DNA of 17,166 bases from Archangium sp. (GCA_031367385.1 JANLPS010000247.1:1-17166); one strand, 5' to 3'. Shown: positions 7,838 through 16,023, counted from the first letter of the stretch. The notes: generated from the sequence alone by a model not told the origin. Translations and numbers: made by a program.

Positions 7838-8659
7838 CTACAGCAACCCGAAGCGGCCTTTGATTTCTTTCTCGAGTGCAGAGAACGCGGGCAGCTCTTC
7901 GACGCCCTGCTGCCAAGCCAACCCCTGCGCCACGAGGTCATATGTCGTCTGCACCCGGGCACCCGGCACCGCCTGGCCATTGACGCGGTCGCGACCCAGC
8001 ATGTGAATTGTGTCGCTCACCACCATCGCCGCGCGAATGTCATGGGTCACCACCACGATGGTGTTCAGCTCGTCCATGTTGGCGACCTCGACAACCAGCC
8101 GAATCACCTCGTCGAGCGTCGCGGGGTCGAGGCCACTGAAGGGCTCGTCCATCAACAAAAGGGTTCGCGGGCGCACCAACTGCTGGGCGATGGCCACCCG
8201 CTGCCGCTGCCCGCCAGACAGCTGCGCCGGGTAATACCTCGCCCGGTCGCTCATGCCGAAGCGGGTGAGCAGCACCTTGGTGCGCGCTTTGGCCTCGTCG
8301 CGCGACAGGCCCGCGGCGGCCCCGGCGATGTCGAGGTTCTGTTCGATGGTTCGGTGACGCAGGAGCGGGTAGCTCTGAAACACGACTCCCACGCTGCCCG
8401 GAGCCATGGTCGCGCCCTTGAGCCCGCGCACCGAGCCCGAGTCAGGCGCGTCGAGCCCGGCGATGATTCGCAACAGCCGGGTCTTGCCGACGCCCGAGGG
8501 CCCGAGCACGCCCATCAGTTGCCCGGTCACCACGCCCGGTCGAATGCGATCGCGAACCTCGAAGCTGGTGCCCGCGAGCACCCGCGCCCCGCCGAGGCTC
8601 AGGCTCACATTGTCGACCGTGAGCAACACCTCGCCTGTCGAGCTCTCAGCGGGCGACAC
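7838..8659 (-). CDS. ABC transporter ATP-binding subunit (NitT/TauT/SsuB-like)
   Basis: Walker A GPSGVGKT, Q-loop VFQ, signature LSGGQRQR, Walker B LLLMDEPFSGLD, H-loop VTHD. Start placed at the GTG at 8659, overlapping the permease end; the ORF-track extension to 8716 looks spurious. Confidence 0.93.
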   Translation of the reverse strand: MSPAESSTGEVLLTVDNVSLSLGGARVLAGTSFEVRDRIRPGVVTGQLMGVLGPSGVGKTRLLRIIAGLDAPDSGSVRGLKGATMAPGSVGVVFQSYPLLRHRTIEQNLDIAGAAAGLSRDEAKARTKVLLTRFGMSDRARYYPAQLSGGQRQRVAIAQQLVRPRTLLLMDEPFSGLDPATLDEVIRLVVEVANMDELNTIVVVTHDIRAAMVVSDTIHMLGRDRVNGQAVPGARVQTTYDLVAQGLAWQQGVEELPAFSALEKEIKGRFGLL

Positions 8660-9452
8660 GTTCGAGCCTGCTGTAGGGGCACACGATGAGGGTGAGGGCG
8701 CCGATCGCGTAGTCAATCAGCAGGCCCACTGCGAGAATCACGAACAGAATCGCGTAGACCTCGGGCAACTTGAAGTACTTGTTCTGGTTGAGAATCAGCG
8801 CGCCGATACCGCCCTCGGCCCGTGAAATGCCTTCGACCATGGTGATCATCGCCCAGCCCATCGCGAGGTTCTGCCGGGTCACGTCGAGCGCCTTGTCGAG
8901 GGTGCCGCGAATCACGACCTCCCAGAGTATGCGCGGCTCAGAGGCCCCGAGCACCCGCATGTGGTCGAACTGCTCGCGCGGTATCTCGATCACCACCTGC
9001 GCCATCGAGGTCACGAAGAACGAGGTCATGCCGAAGGTGAGCAGCGCGACCTTGAGCGGGTAGCCTCCGCCGGTCACTAGAATGAAGAGCGGCAACAGCC
9101 CCGTCAGCCCGAGAAACCGGAGCTTCGAGGCCGCGGCCACCACCGGTCGCAGCGCGGCGATGACCGTCGCGTACGAGAGCACCATCGAGATGACCACCGT
9201 CAACGCGAGCGCGTGCAGAATCAAGCGAAACGTCGTCATCAGCTCGGGGCCCATGCCCTCGTTCCACCAGAGGTTGCCCAGGGCGACCCACACTTCGCGG
9301 GGGTTCGGCAGTGTCTCCCAGGGCGAGGCGACCCATGCGCCGAGCGCCACCAGCGCCCAGATCACCACCAGGGCGGTGGCGGTGGTGGGGTCGATCGCCC
9401 GGTTCGGCAGAAACGCTCTCGCGAAACGGGTGAGCGGCGTCGGCCCCTTCAT
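8646..9452 (-). CDS. ABC transporter permease (TauC/SsuC-like)
   Basis: About six hydrophobic helices, EAA-like loop EIPREQFDHMRVLGAS, GGIGALIL motif. Abuts the binding-protein stop and overlaps the ATPase start. Confidence 0.92.
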   Translation of the reverse strand: MKGPTPLTRFARAFLPNRAIDPTTATALVVIWALVALGAWVASPWETLPNPREVWVALGNLWWNEGMGPELMTTFRLILHALALTVVISMVLSYATVIAALRPVVAAASKLRFLGLTGLLPLFILVTGGGYPLKVALLTFGMTSFFVTSMAQVVIEIPREQFDHMRVLGASEPRILWEVVIRGTLDKALDVTRQNLAMGWAMITMVEGISRAEGGIGALILNQNKYFKLPEVYAILFVILAVGLLIDYAIGALTLIVCPYSRLERVAR

Positions 9453-11216
9453 CTACTTCGCCATTCCCATCACGACCTCGACCCGGCGGTTCTGAGCGCG
9501 GCCCTCTTCGGTCGCGTTCGGAGCCACCGGCTCGGTCATGCCGTGCGCATACACCCGCACCCGCCCATCGGGAAAATTCGACGGCGAGGTCTTCTCGAGC
9601 CACTTCTTCACCGCGAACGCCCGGTCTTCAGAGAGCTTTTGATTCGCATCAGGCGTACCCTTGTTGTCGGTGTGCCCGTGAATCTCGACCAGGGTGCCGC
9701 CGGCGACCACCAGGTCTTTGAAGAGCAGGTCGAGCACGGCTTCGGTCTGGGGCGTGAAGGCGGCGCTGCCGGTGGCAAACTGAATCTCCCAGGCGCGGCG
9801 GCTGACCACCTGCTTGAGCTCATCGGTCTTGGCGAAGACGGCGAGGTCTGCGGGAGCAATGGCGCCTCCGGCTTTGCCCAGCTCAGCGACATACGAGGTG
9901 TCTGTGATTTGGCTCGCGGGGAAGAAGTCGGTCACGACGTTCGGGTACTGCGACTTCGCGATGTTGCCGAAGACGGTGTACGTGGCAGCGAACAGGTTGG
10001 TCGAGCCCTTGCTCAACCCGAAGAGCTGCAGGTTGTCGGCGAGGTTGTTCACCGCCGAGCCACCGAGCTCGACCTGAAGGCCCTGCTTGTCGGTCTGGGT
10101 CTGAACCCGAAAATATTTGCCCCAGTACGCGGCATCTTTCTCGTTGTAGGCCTGGGCGCTGACGAGGGCGGCCTCTTGCAACGCGGCGTCGTCAGCCTTG
10201 ACCTTGTCGCCTCCCTCGAAGATCGCGGCGAGCATGCCGGTGACCAGCTTGCGGTTCGCGGCCATCCACTTCTTGTTGCCGATGATGACATTGGGCATCT
10301 GCGAGCGGTACTCGCGGGTCGAGACGATCGACACCAGGCCGCCCTTCTCTTCGGCGACGGTGACATCGCCCGGCGTCCACGTCACCACTCCATCGACGCA
10401 GTGCTTTTCGCTCACGCCGGTCTTGGTGTTTTTGAGCTCGGTGCAATACCCAGTGACATATTTTTGGGCCGCGTCGATGTAGTCGGTGGCGTTGACCCAG
10501 TTGAGCGCGTCTGGGTCATAGGTCGCCTCATCGGGGTTGTTGGCGATTCGGTTATCGCCGAGCCACTTGAGTGCGATGTTCCAATCGCCGTCGCGCAGCA
10601 CGCCGGCGACCAGGCCGCCCTTCGCCGAGGCGGGCGTCTTCTTCCACGCTGGAGGCCCCATGAACTTGTCTTCGCCGCGGCTGTAGCCGGCCGAGCCGAC
10701 GACCACCGCGATGTATTCAGGCCCGAGCTTGAGCAGCCGGTCGTTGAGGCCCTTCAAGAAGGTCGCCGAGCCATCGCCCATGATGCCGATGAAGTGCGCG
10801 CCCTGAGCCGGGTTCGCTTCGCCCTTCTTAACGCCCTCAGCGAAGGTCACCAGCAAAGCCGCCATCGCGTCGGTGTTGTCTTCGCGAATCAGCTTCAAGT
10901 TCACGCCGTGCTTGCACATCAAGCTGTCGGCGACGGCCTGCTTACCACCGGTCGCGTACATCATGCCCATCTGGGCATTCCACGCCCAGTGGTAGAAGCG
11001 CACCTCGGGCAGCGACGCGCAACCAGCAGGCTTCGACTCGGCCACCTGGTTATGCGAGTCGGGCATGTCAGGCAGCGTGACGACCGGAGGCACGTTGGTC
11101 GGGGCGGGCCGACGCCCGGGAGGCGCCAGCTTCGAGCCATTGAAATACACGAAGGCGCAGAAGCCGCCGATGATCAGGACGACCAGAATCAGCTTCGAGG
11201 TCAGGGTCAGTCGCAT
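9453..11216 (-). CDS. Membrane-anchored ABC substrate-binding protein (NMT1/SsuA-like) fused to a C-terminal OmpA-like peptidoglycan-binding domain
   Basis: N-terminal hydrophobic helix (LILVVLIIGGFCAFVYF), Pro-rich linker, SBP motifs (VVTWTPGD, SRGEDKF), and OmpA_C motifs IQFATGSA, IHGHTDNKG, NQKLSEDRA, GRAQNRRVEV. Confidence 0.92.
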   Translation of the reverse strand: MRLTLTSKLILVVLIIGGFCAFVYFNGSKLAPPGRRPAPTNVPPVVTLPDMPDSHNQVAESKPAGCASLPEVRFYHWAWNAQMGMMYATGGKQAVADSLMCKHGVNLKLIREDNTDAMAALLVTFAEGVKKGEANPAQGAHFIGIMGDGSATFLKGLNDRLLKLGPEYIAVVVGSAGYSRGEDKFMGPPAWKKTPASAKGGLVAGVLRDGDWNIALKWLGDNRIANNPDEATYDPDALNWVNATDYIDAAQKYVTGYCTELKNTKTGVSEKHCVDGVVTWTPGDVTVAEEKGGLVSIVSTREYRSQMPNVIIGNKKWMAANRKLVTGMLAAIFEGGDKVKADDAALQEAALVSAQAYNEKDAAYWGKYFRVQTQTDKQGLQVELGGSAVNNLADNLQLFGLSKGSTNLFAATYTVFGNIAKSQYPNVVTDFFPASQITDTSYVAELGKAGGAIAPADLAVFAKTDELKQVVSRRAWEIQFATGSAAFTPQTEAVLDLLFKDLVVAGGTLVEIHGHTDNKGTPDANQKLSEDRAFAVKKWLEKTSPSNFPDGRVRVYAHGMTEPVAPNATEEGRAQNRRVEVVMGMAK

Positions 11217-12376
11217 GGTTACTTCTTCACCGCCGCCGCCTTGCGCAGCTCTTCGAGGTACGAGGTGTCTGTCACCTGCGCCGCCGGAAAGAAGTCGGGC
11301 AAGATGTTCGGGTACTGCGACTTCACCACCGTGCCGAACGCGGTGTAGGTCGCGGCGAAGAGGTTCGTGCCGCCCTTGTCGAGCCCGAAGAGCTGCACGT
11401 TGTCGGCGAGGCTGTTGACCGAAGAGCCACCCAGCTCGACGTCGAGGCCCTGCTTGTCTTTCACGTTCTGCAGCCGGTAGTAGCGGGCCCAGTACGCGCC
11501 GTCTTTCTCGTTGTAGACGTTCGCGCTGATCGCGGCCGCCTCTTGTAGCGCAGCGTCGCTCGCCTTCACCTTGTCGCCGCCCTCGAAGATGGCCGAGAGC
11601 ATGCCGGTGACGAGCTTGCGGTTCTCAGACATCCATTTCTTGTTGCCGATGATGACCTGCGGCATCTGCGATTTGTATTCTTTCGTCGAGGCCAGAGAGA
11701 CCAGGCCGCCCTTGCTCTCGGCCACGGTGACGTCTCCGGGCGTCCACGTCACGACGGCGTCGACGCAGTGCTTCTCTTTCTTGCCGGTCTTGGTGTTCTT
11801 GAGCTCGGCGCAGTAACCGGTCACGTACTTCTGGGCAGCCTCGATGTAGTCGCTCGCGTTGACCCAGTTGACCGCGTCAGGGTCGTACACCGTCTCATCG
11901 GGGTTGTTGGGTATCTTGTTGTCGCCCATCCACTTCATCGCGATGTTCCAATCTCCGTCGCGCAAGACGCCGGCGACCAGGCCGCCCTTCGCCGCTGCGG
12001 GAGTCTTCTTCCACGCGGGGGGGCCCATGAACTTGTCTTCACCGCGGCTGTAGCCGGTCGAGCCGACCACCACCGCAAGGTACTCGGGGCCGAGCTTGCC
12101 GAGCCGGTCGTTGAGGCCTTTCAAGAAGGTCGCGGCGCCATCACCCATGATGCCGACGAAGTGAGCGCCCTGGGCCGGGTTCGCCTCGCCCTTCTTCACG
12201 CCTTCAGCGAAGGTCACCAGCAAAGCGGCCATCGCGTCGGTGTTGTCTTCGCGAATCAGCTTGAGGTTCACGCCGCGCTTGCACATGACGCTCGACGCAG
12301 TGGCCTGCTTGGCGCCGGTGGCGAGCATCAACCCCATCTGCGAGTTCCACGCCCAGTGGTAGAAGCGCACCTCGGG
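9892..12376. repeat. Direct repeat of the SBP-coding segment: 9892-11009 and 11259-12376
   Basis: Both ends align at the same 1367-nt offset (TACGAGGTGTCTGT at 9892 and 11259; CACCTCGGG ending at 11009 and 12376), so there is no net indel. Confidence 0.9.
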
Positions 12377-12466
12377 GCCCGTGCAGGCTTGAGCGGCGGG
12401 TTGTTGGGCAGCGGCATCAAACGCCATCAGCAGCGCGCAAGCGCACGCGGTGATCGTCATTTTCAC
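11219..12466 (-). CDS. Free periplasmic substrate-binding protein, paralog of the SBP domain of 9453..11216 without the OmpA domain
   Basis: Cleavable signal peptide (…AFDAAA|QQ). GAGGGG RBS upstream of the GTG (alternative ATG at 12460). About 64 differences in ~372 aligned residues versus the fused copy (manual count). Confidence 0.92.
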   Translation of the reverse strand: MKMTITACACALLMAFDAAAQQPAAQACTGPEVRFYHWAWNSQMGLMLATGAKQATASSVMCKRGVNLKLIREDNTDAMAALLVTFAEGVKKGEANPAQGAHFVGIMGDGAATFLKGLNDRLGKLGPEYLAVVVGSTGYSRGEDKFMGPPAWKKTPAAAKGGLVAGVLRDGDWNIAMKWMGDNKIPNNPDETVYDPDAVNWVNASDYIEAAQKYVTGYCAELKNTKTGKKEKHCVDAVVTWTPGDVTVAESKGGLVSLASTKEYKSQMPQVIIGNKKWMSENRKLVTGMLSAIFEGGDKVKASDAALQEAAAISANVYNEKDGAYWARYYRLQNVKDKQGLDVELGGSSVNSLADNVQLFGLDKGGTNLFAATYTAFGTVVKSQYPNILPDFFPAAQVTDTSYLEELRKAAAVKK

Positions 12467-12499
12467 GGGGGTCCCCTCAAAAGGTGAGCCCGATTTGTG

Positions 12500-12520
12500 G
12501 CGACAAGGGTGCCACTTGTC
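12500..12520 (-). promoter_or_regulatory. Candidate sigma-54 promoter of the ABC cassette, overlapped by a palindromic operator
   Basis: The minus strand reads TGGCAC-CCTTG-TCGC (12514->12500): exact GG-N10-GC spacing, one mismatch to TGGCAC-N5-TTGC. Inverted repeat GACAAG-N7-CTTGTC at 12502-12520. Confidence 0.55.
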
Positions 12521-12568
12521 CAGCGGAATGCGGAAGCGCCTGGAGTGCTGGCCGGTGAGGGCGGTGAT

Positions 12569-13849
12569 TCAATACCTGATGAAGCTCACGCGCCTGCCCG
12601 CGCCGGGCGGCTTGAGCACCAGAAAATCGCCCCGGGTGCCCAGCACTTCGCCATCGGCGTAGTACCCGAGCGTGAATTCACCACCCACGTGACGCACCAC
12701 CAGCGGCCCGGGCTCGTTCGACTTCGACGCCACCACTGTCTCGCGGTCGACCAGCGCCCGGGTGGGAGCCGATTGATCGCTCGTGTAGCGAACCTGGGGA
12801 AACGCCGCCCACGAGTCACCGAAGACGAAGCGACGAGCGCCAGCAGCTCCCAGGGCGGGCGATTCGATCACGTCGATGCCGTCTTGGCTGAACGTCAGAT
12901 CGGCCCAGAGGCCCGCCTCGTCGAGCGCGAGCACCGGCGCTCCGAGCTTCACGCAGCCAGCATCGCCCGGCACGGCGTTGCAGACTTCGATGTCGAAGGT
13001 CATGGTGCTGCGCCCGACCCGGTAGAGGTTGCCGTCGCGCATGAAGAAGCCGTCGGTGTTGACCGCTTTCACCGGCGTGCCGGTGAGCCCCCCATCGGTG
13101 AAGTCATACCGAACGACCGCGCTCGATGGCCCTCCATCGCGAATGCCGTTGCTGAAGGCGCGAACCGCGGTCGTTTCGCTGGTGAAGGCATGGTCGGGCA
13201 AGGGGCGCCCACCGAGGGTCGCGGTGGCATCGACGCGCAGCTCGCTGCCCGTATCGGTGAAGCGGGTGAGCGTGCCGCCAACCTGGGCCCAGACGGTGTC
13301 TCCCAAGACGACCAACTGGGTGCCCGCGATGACCACGTCGGGGCCGCCCTCGCGCTGGGTGTGAATGCCGCCGTCGAGCTCGCAGAGCACCAGGCCACGG
13401 TGCGTCATGAACGGCTGAGCGACGCAGTCAACCGGGTCGTAGGGTACGTCGGCGGTGTACCGGGTGGTTTGGAGCCGCTCATCGGCGACGTCGATGGGCA
13501 ACTGCACGCGGCCCAGCGAGGGCTCGAAGGTGACGACCAGCTGCCACGTGCCGGGCAGGTTTGGCGTGAAGACGGTGGTCTGATTCGTGACCCCTTGAGC
13601 GACGCTGGCGCTGCTGGTGAAGGCCGTGAATGGGCGATTGTTCGGGTCGATGAGTGAGACCGTCGCGGTGCCTGCCATCGGCTGACAGCTCGCGACGGGC
13701 TGCGCCACGGTGACGGCGAGCGGGTGCCCGTTGATGCCGAATTGCTTCGCTGGGTTGAAGGGCGGAAACGGAGTCGGGCAGCGGGAGCCAGCCGGTGGGC
13801 ATGCGCTCAGCGCAGTGACCAGGGCCAGCAGCATGGTGCGACGTCGCAT
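12569..13849 (-). CDS. Lipoprotein B (beta-rich, unknown function), paralog of 6503..7807
   Basis: MRRR plus hydrophobic core and lipobox ALSA-C. Colinear similarity to lipoprotein A, including Cys positions and a C-terminal F-I-x-Y. Confidence 0.87.
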   Translation of the reverse strand: MRRRTMLLALVTALSACPPAGSRCPTPFPPFNPAKQFGINGHPLAVTVAQPVASCQPMAGTATVSLIDPNNRPFTAFTSSASVAQGVTNQTTVFTPNLPGTWQLVVTFEPSLGRVQLPIDVADERLQTTRYTADVPYDPVDCVAQPFMTHRGLVLCELDGGIHTQREGGPDVVIAGTQLVVLGDTVWAQVGGTLTRFTDTGSELRVDATATLGGRPLPDHAFTSETTAVRAFSNGIRDGGPSSAVVRYDFTDGGLTGTPVKAVNTDGFFMRDGNLYRVGRSTMTFDIEVCNAVPGDAGCVKLGAPVLALDEAGLWADLTFSQDGIDVIESPALGAAGARRFVFGDSWAAFPQVRYTSDQSAPTRALVDRETVVASKSNEPGPLVVRHVGGEFTLGYYADGEVLGTRGDFLVLKPPGAGRRVSFIRY

Positions 13850-13895
13850 GGCCGACGGTTATGCCACGACTCGAGACGTCGCCGCTGCGTCCGCG

Positions 13896-14564
13896 TCACC
13901 GGTTGCGGCGGTCTTCGCGGGTCTCCCGTCGGTCTTCTCGCAGCTCGCGGTGATCTTCGCGGCTCTCCTGGGTGTCGCGGCGAATCTCGTTGAAGGCCAG
14001 GCTCACCAGCTCGGCATACAAGGCCCGCTTCTGCTGCACCGCGTTGGCATCGAAGCGGCCGGCGAGCGAGGCGCTCTGCGCGGCGATGGCCTCGAGGCGC
14101 TCTCGCGAGATGCGCTCCTTCACCGCGTCGACCCGGTCATCGGCGGTGTTGCGGCGATCTCGGTTGGTGTCGTGAACGTCGTTGGCGAGCGCGGCGGGCC
14201 CCTTGCCGGTGGCGACATCGCGACCGACCTCGCGGCGGTCTGAGCGCACCTCGCGCTGGTCTTCACGCACCTCCTGCCTGGCCTGGGCGCTCTCGACGCG
14301 AGACTCGCGGAGCTCACGCGCGACCTCGCCGTTGAAGCTGGCTTCGATCGCGTTGAGACGGCCGACGTTGTTCGCGGCGATCGCCTGGTCGTACTCGGCG
14401 AGGAGCTGCCGGGCACGGGCCGCGTCCATTCGGTCGTCGACCTGTTGCCGGCGATCTTGCCGCAGGTCTTGGCGGTCTTTGAGGCGCTCGACGCCATTTC
14501 GTACGGCCTGCGCCGACGCGAGGCTCGAGCAGGTCACCACCACAGCCAGAATGAGGTTTCGCAT
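13896..14564 (-). CDS. Secreted, highly charged helical protein with Arg/Asp/Glu heptad repeats
   Basis: AGGAG RBS (14573-14577), signal peptide ending ASA|Q. Repeats DRQDLRQ-DRRQ, EVREDQR-EVRSDRR-EVGRD and ESREDHR-ELREDRR-ETREDRR. Confidence 0.88.
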   Translation of the reverse strand: MRNLILAVVVTCSSLASAQAVRNGVERLKDRQDLRQDRRQQVDDRMDAARARQLLAEYDQAIAANNVGRLNAIEASFNGEVARELRESRVESAQARQEVREDQREVRSDRREVGRDVATGKGPAALANDVHDTNRDRRNTADDRVDAVKERISRERLEAIAAQSASLAGRFDANAVQQKRALYAELVSLAFNEIRRDTQESREDHRELREDRRETREDRRNR

Positions 14565-14586
14565 GACGGTTTCTCCTGTGGGGCTC

Positions 14587-14612
14587 CAACACCGCGTGGG
14601 GCGTTTGGTTGC
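14587..14612 (-). promoter_or_regulatory. Candidate ECF-sigma promoter for the 13896..14564 gene
   Basis: Minus strand GCAACC-N16-GTTG, about 10 nt upstream of the RBS. Fits the generic ECF pattern (-35 AAC, -10 CGT/GTT). Confidence 0.4.
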
Positions 14613-14645
14613 GCACGAAAAGGTCGGTCACCTACGGTTCGCCGC

Positions 14646-15068
14646 ATGGCGCGCTCGGCTCTGTTCGCGGCGTTGGTGATGTGGGTGCTGCCGACGGGCG
14701 GTGCGCCCAGCCTGCTCGGAGAGTGGCGCGGCACCTCGACCTGCACGAACCTCGAGCTGGTGCCTGGGTGCCACGACGAGGTCATTCGGTATCGCTTCGA
14801 AGCGCCCACACCGGGCGCGAAGCTGGTGCACCTCAAGGCCGACAAGCTCGTCAACGGGAGCTTCGAGCTGATGTACGAGCTCGACCTGGCCGCCTCAGAG
14901 CCGCCCGGCGCGTGGACGGCGGAGCTCACGGCGCCCCGAATGAACGGGAAGTGGTCGTACCGCATCGACAACGGCGCCCTAGTTGGCTCGCTGACTCTGG
15001 CGCCGTCGAACGCCGAAGTGCGAAAGGTCGCGGCCACGCGGCCTGGGGTCGACGCCGGCGCGCGCTGA
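14646..15068 (+). CDS. Small secreted beta-strand protein with a Cys pair, 140 aa
   Basis: The ATG at 14646 gives the signal peptide MARSALFAALVMWVL. Mature part begins LLGEWRGTSTC...GCHDE (GxW start as in small beta-barrels). The ORF-track start at 14445 overlaps the divergent gene. Confidence 0.8.
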   Translation: MARSALFAALVMWVLPTGGAPSLLGEWRGTSTCTNLELVPGCHDEVIRYRFEAPTPGAKLVHLKADKLVNGSFELMYELDLAASEPPGAWTAELTAPRMNGKWSYRIDNGALVGSLTLAPSNAEVRKVAATRPGVDAGAR

Positions 15069-15090
15069 GCGGGCACTCGACGAAGACGTA

Positions 15091-15118
15091 CGGGCTCCGC
15101 CCAACGGCGCGGAGCCCG
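15091..15118. terminator. GC-rich hairpin between convergent genes
   Basis: CGGGCTCCGC (15091-15100) and GCGGAGCCCG (15109-15118) form a perfect 10-bp stem. No clear U-tract. Confidence 0.6.
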
Positions 15119-15147
15119 CGGTTCACAGCATTGCCCTCACGACCCGA

Positions 15148-15933
15148 CTACGAGGGCGGCTCGACGACCGGTTCGTCGACCGTCGGTGAAGCCTTCTTCG
15201 TGCGACGGCCGTAGACGTGGTCGAGGCGGTAGGCGATCTGGCGAACGCCTTCTTCTTCATACGCGGCCAGACCTTGCTTCGAGAGGTGCTGCAGCACGTC
15301 GAGCAACAACCGGCACAGCTGCTTGAGGGTCTTGCCGTCGGCGGTGCGCTCGACCTTTGAGCTGACTGACGAGACCTTGTGCGCGGCAATCAATGCGTCT
15401 GCTTCAGCGACCAGGGCTTGCACGCGCTTCGCATCGGGCATCATGCCGATGTTCGCGTCGACCGCACGCAGAACGTTCGTCATGCCCATCAACACCACCG
15501 ACAAGCGTTTGCTCTCGACGGTGGTGCTGAGCGAGAAGAGCTTGGGGTCGAGGCCGACCGCCTCGCCGATGCGCGACAAAGTGCCGCGAATCTCGAGGAG
15601 CCGAACGCGGGCTCGTTCGCCTTCGGCGGTCTTGGCTTCGCTCTCGACGGTGGCGCGGTGGCGTTGGGCCGCCAGCGCCACGACCATCGCCATCAAGAGC
15701 TCGACGCGAAAGAACATGCCTTCGGTCACCGGGTAGCCTCGCTTGGCGAGGTCTTCGGCATCGCCGCGAACGAGGAGCATCTCCTCGGCGTCAGCGATGA
15801 GATCGGCCGGGTGGGGCTTCACTTCTGGGCTCGAGTCTCCCAGTGCGTGGGCCTCGGCGAGCAGTGACGCCTGGGTGGGCTTCGCTTCGGGGATACTGCC
15901 GTCGTGCGTCTGTGCTGCCTTGGGCTTCGACAT
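15148..15933 (-). CDS. Hypothetical cytoplasmic alpha-helical protein, 261 aa
   Basis: ATG start, GC-rich third codon positions, amphipathic helical pattern, low-complexity termini. No recognisable catalytic motif. Confidence 0.75.
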   Translation of the reverse strand: MSKPKAAQTHDGSIPEAKPTQASLLAEAHALGDSSPEVKPHPADLIADAEEMLLVRGDAEDLAKRGYPVTEGMFFRVELLMAMVVALAAQRHRATVESEAKTAEGERARVRLLEIRGTLSRIGEAVGLDPKLFSLSTTVESKRLSVVLMGMTNVLRAVDANIGMMPDAKRVQALVAEADALIAAHKVSSVSSKVERTADGKTLKQLCRLLLDVLQHLSKQGLAAYEEEGVRQIAYRLDHVYGRRTKKASPTVDEPVVEPPS

Positions 15934-16023
15934 CGGTTTGCCTTGCTGGGGGAGGGTTGAACAGGTGTCGCTGCGGCGCCCCCCGGTGCGCTGCGGTGGG
16001 TCTCACGCAGGCAAGGTGGGAGA

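Noticed and set aside
9213..11348. 711-aa plus-strand ORF and other long antisense ORFs (2106..3122, 4738..5796, 6281..7381, 7520..8689, 12497..13657)
   Set aside because: They are shadows of well-supported genes on the opposite strand, expected at high GC3, and carry no motifs.
9892..12376. Diversity-generating retroelement TR/VR pair
   Set aside because: The repeat is over 1 kb, both copies are coding, differences are not adenine-specific, and no reverse transcriptase is present.
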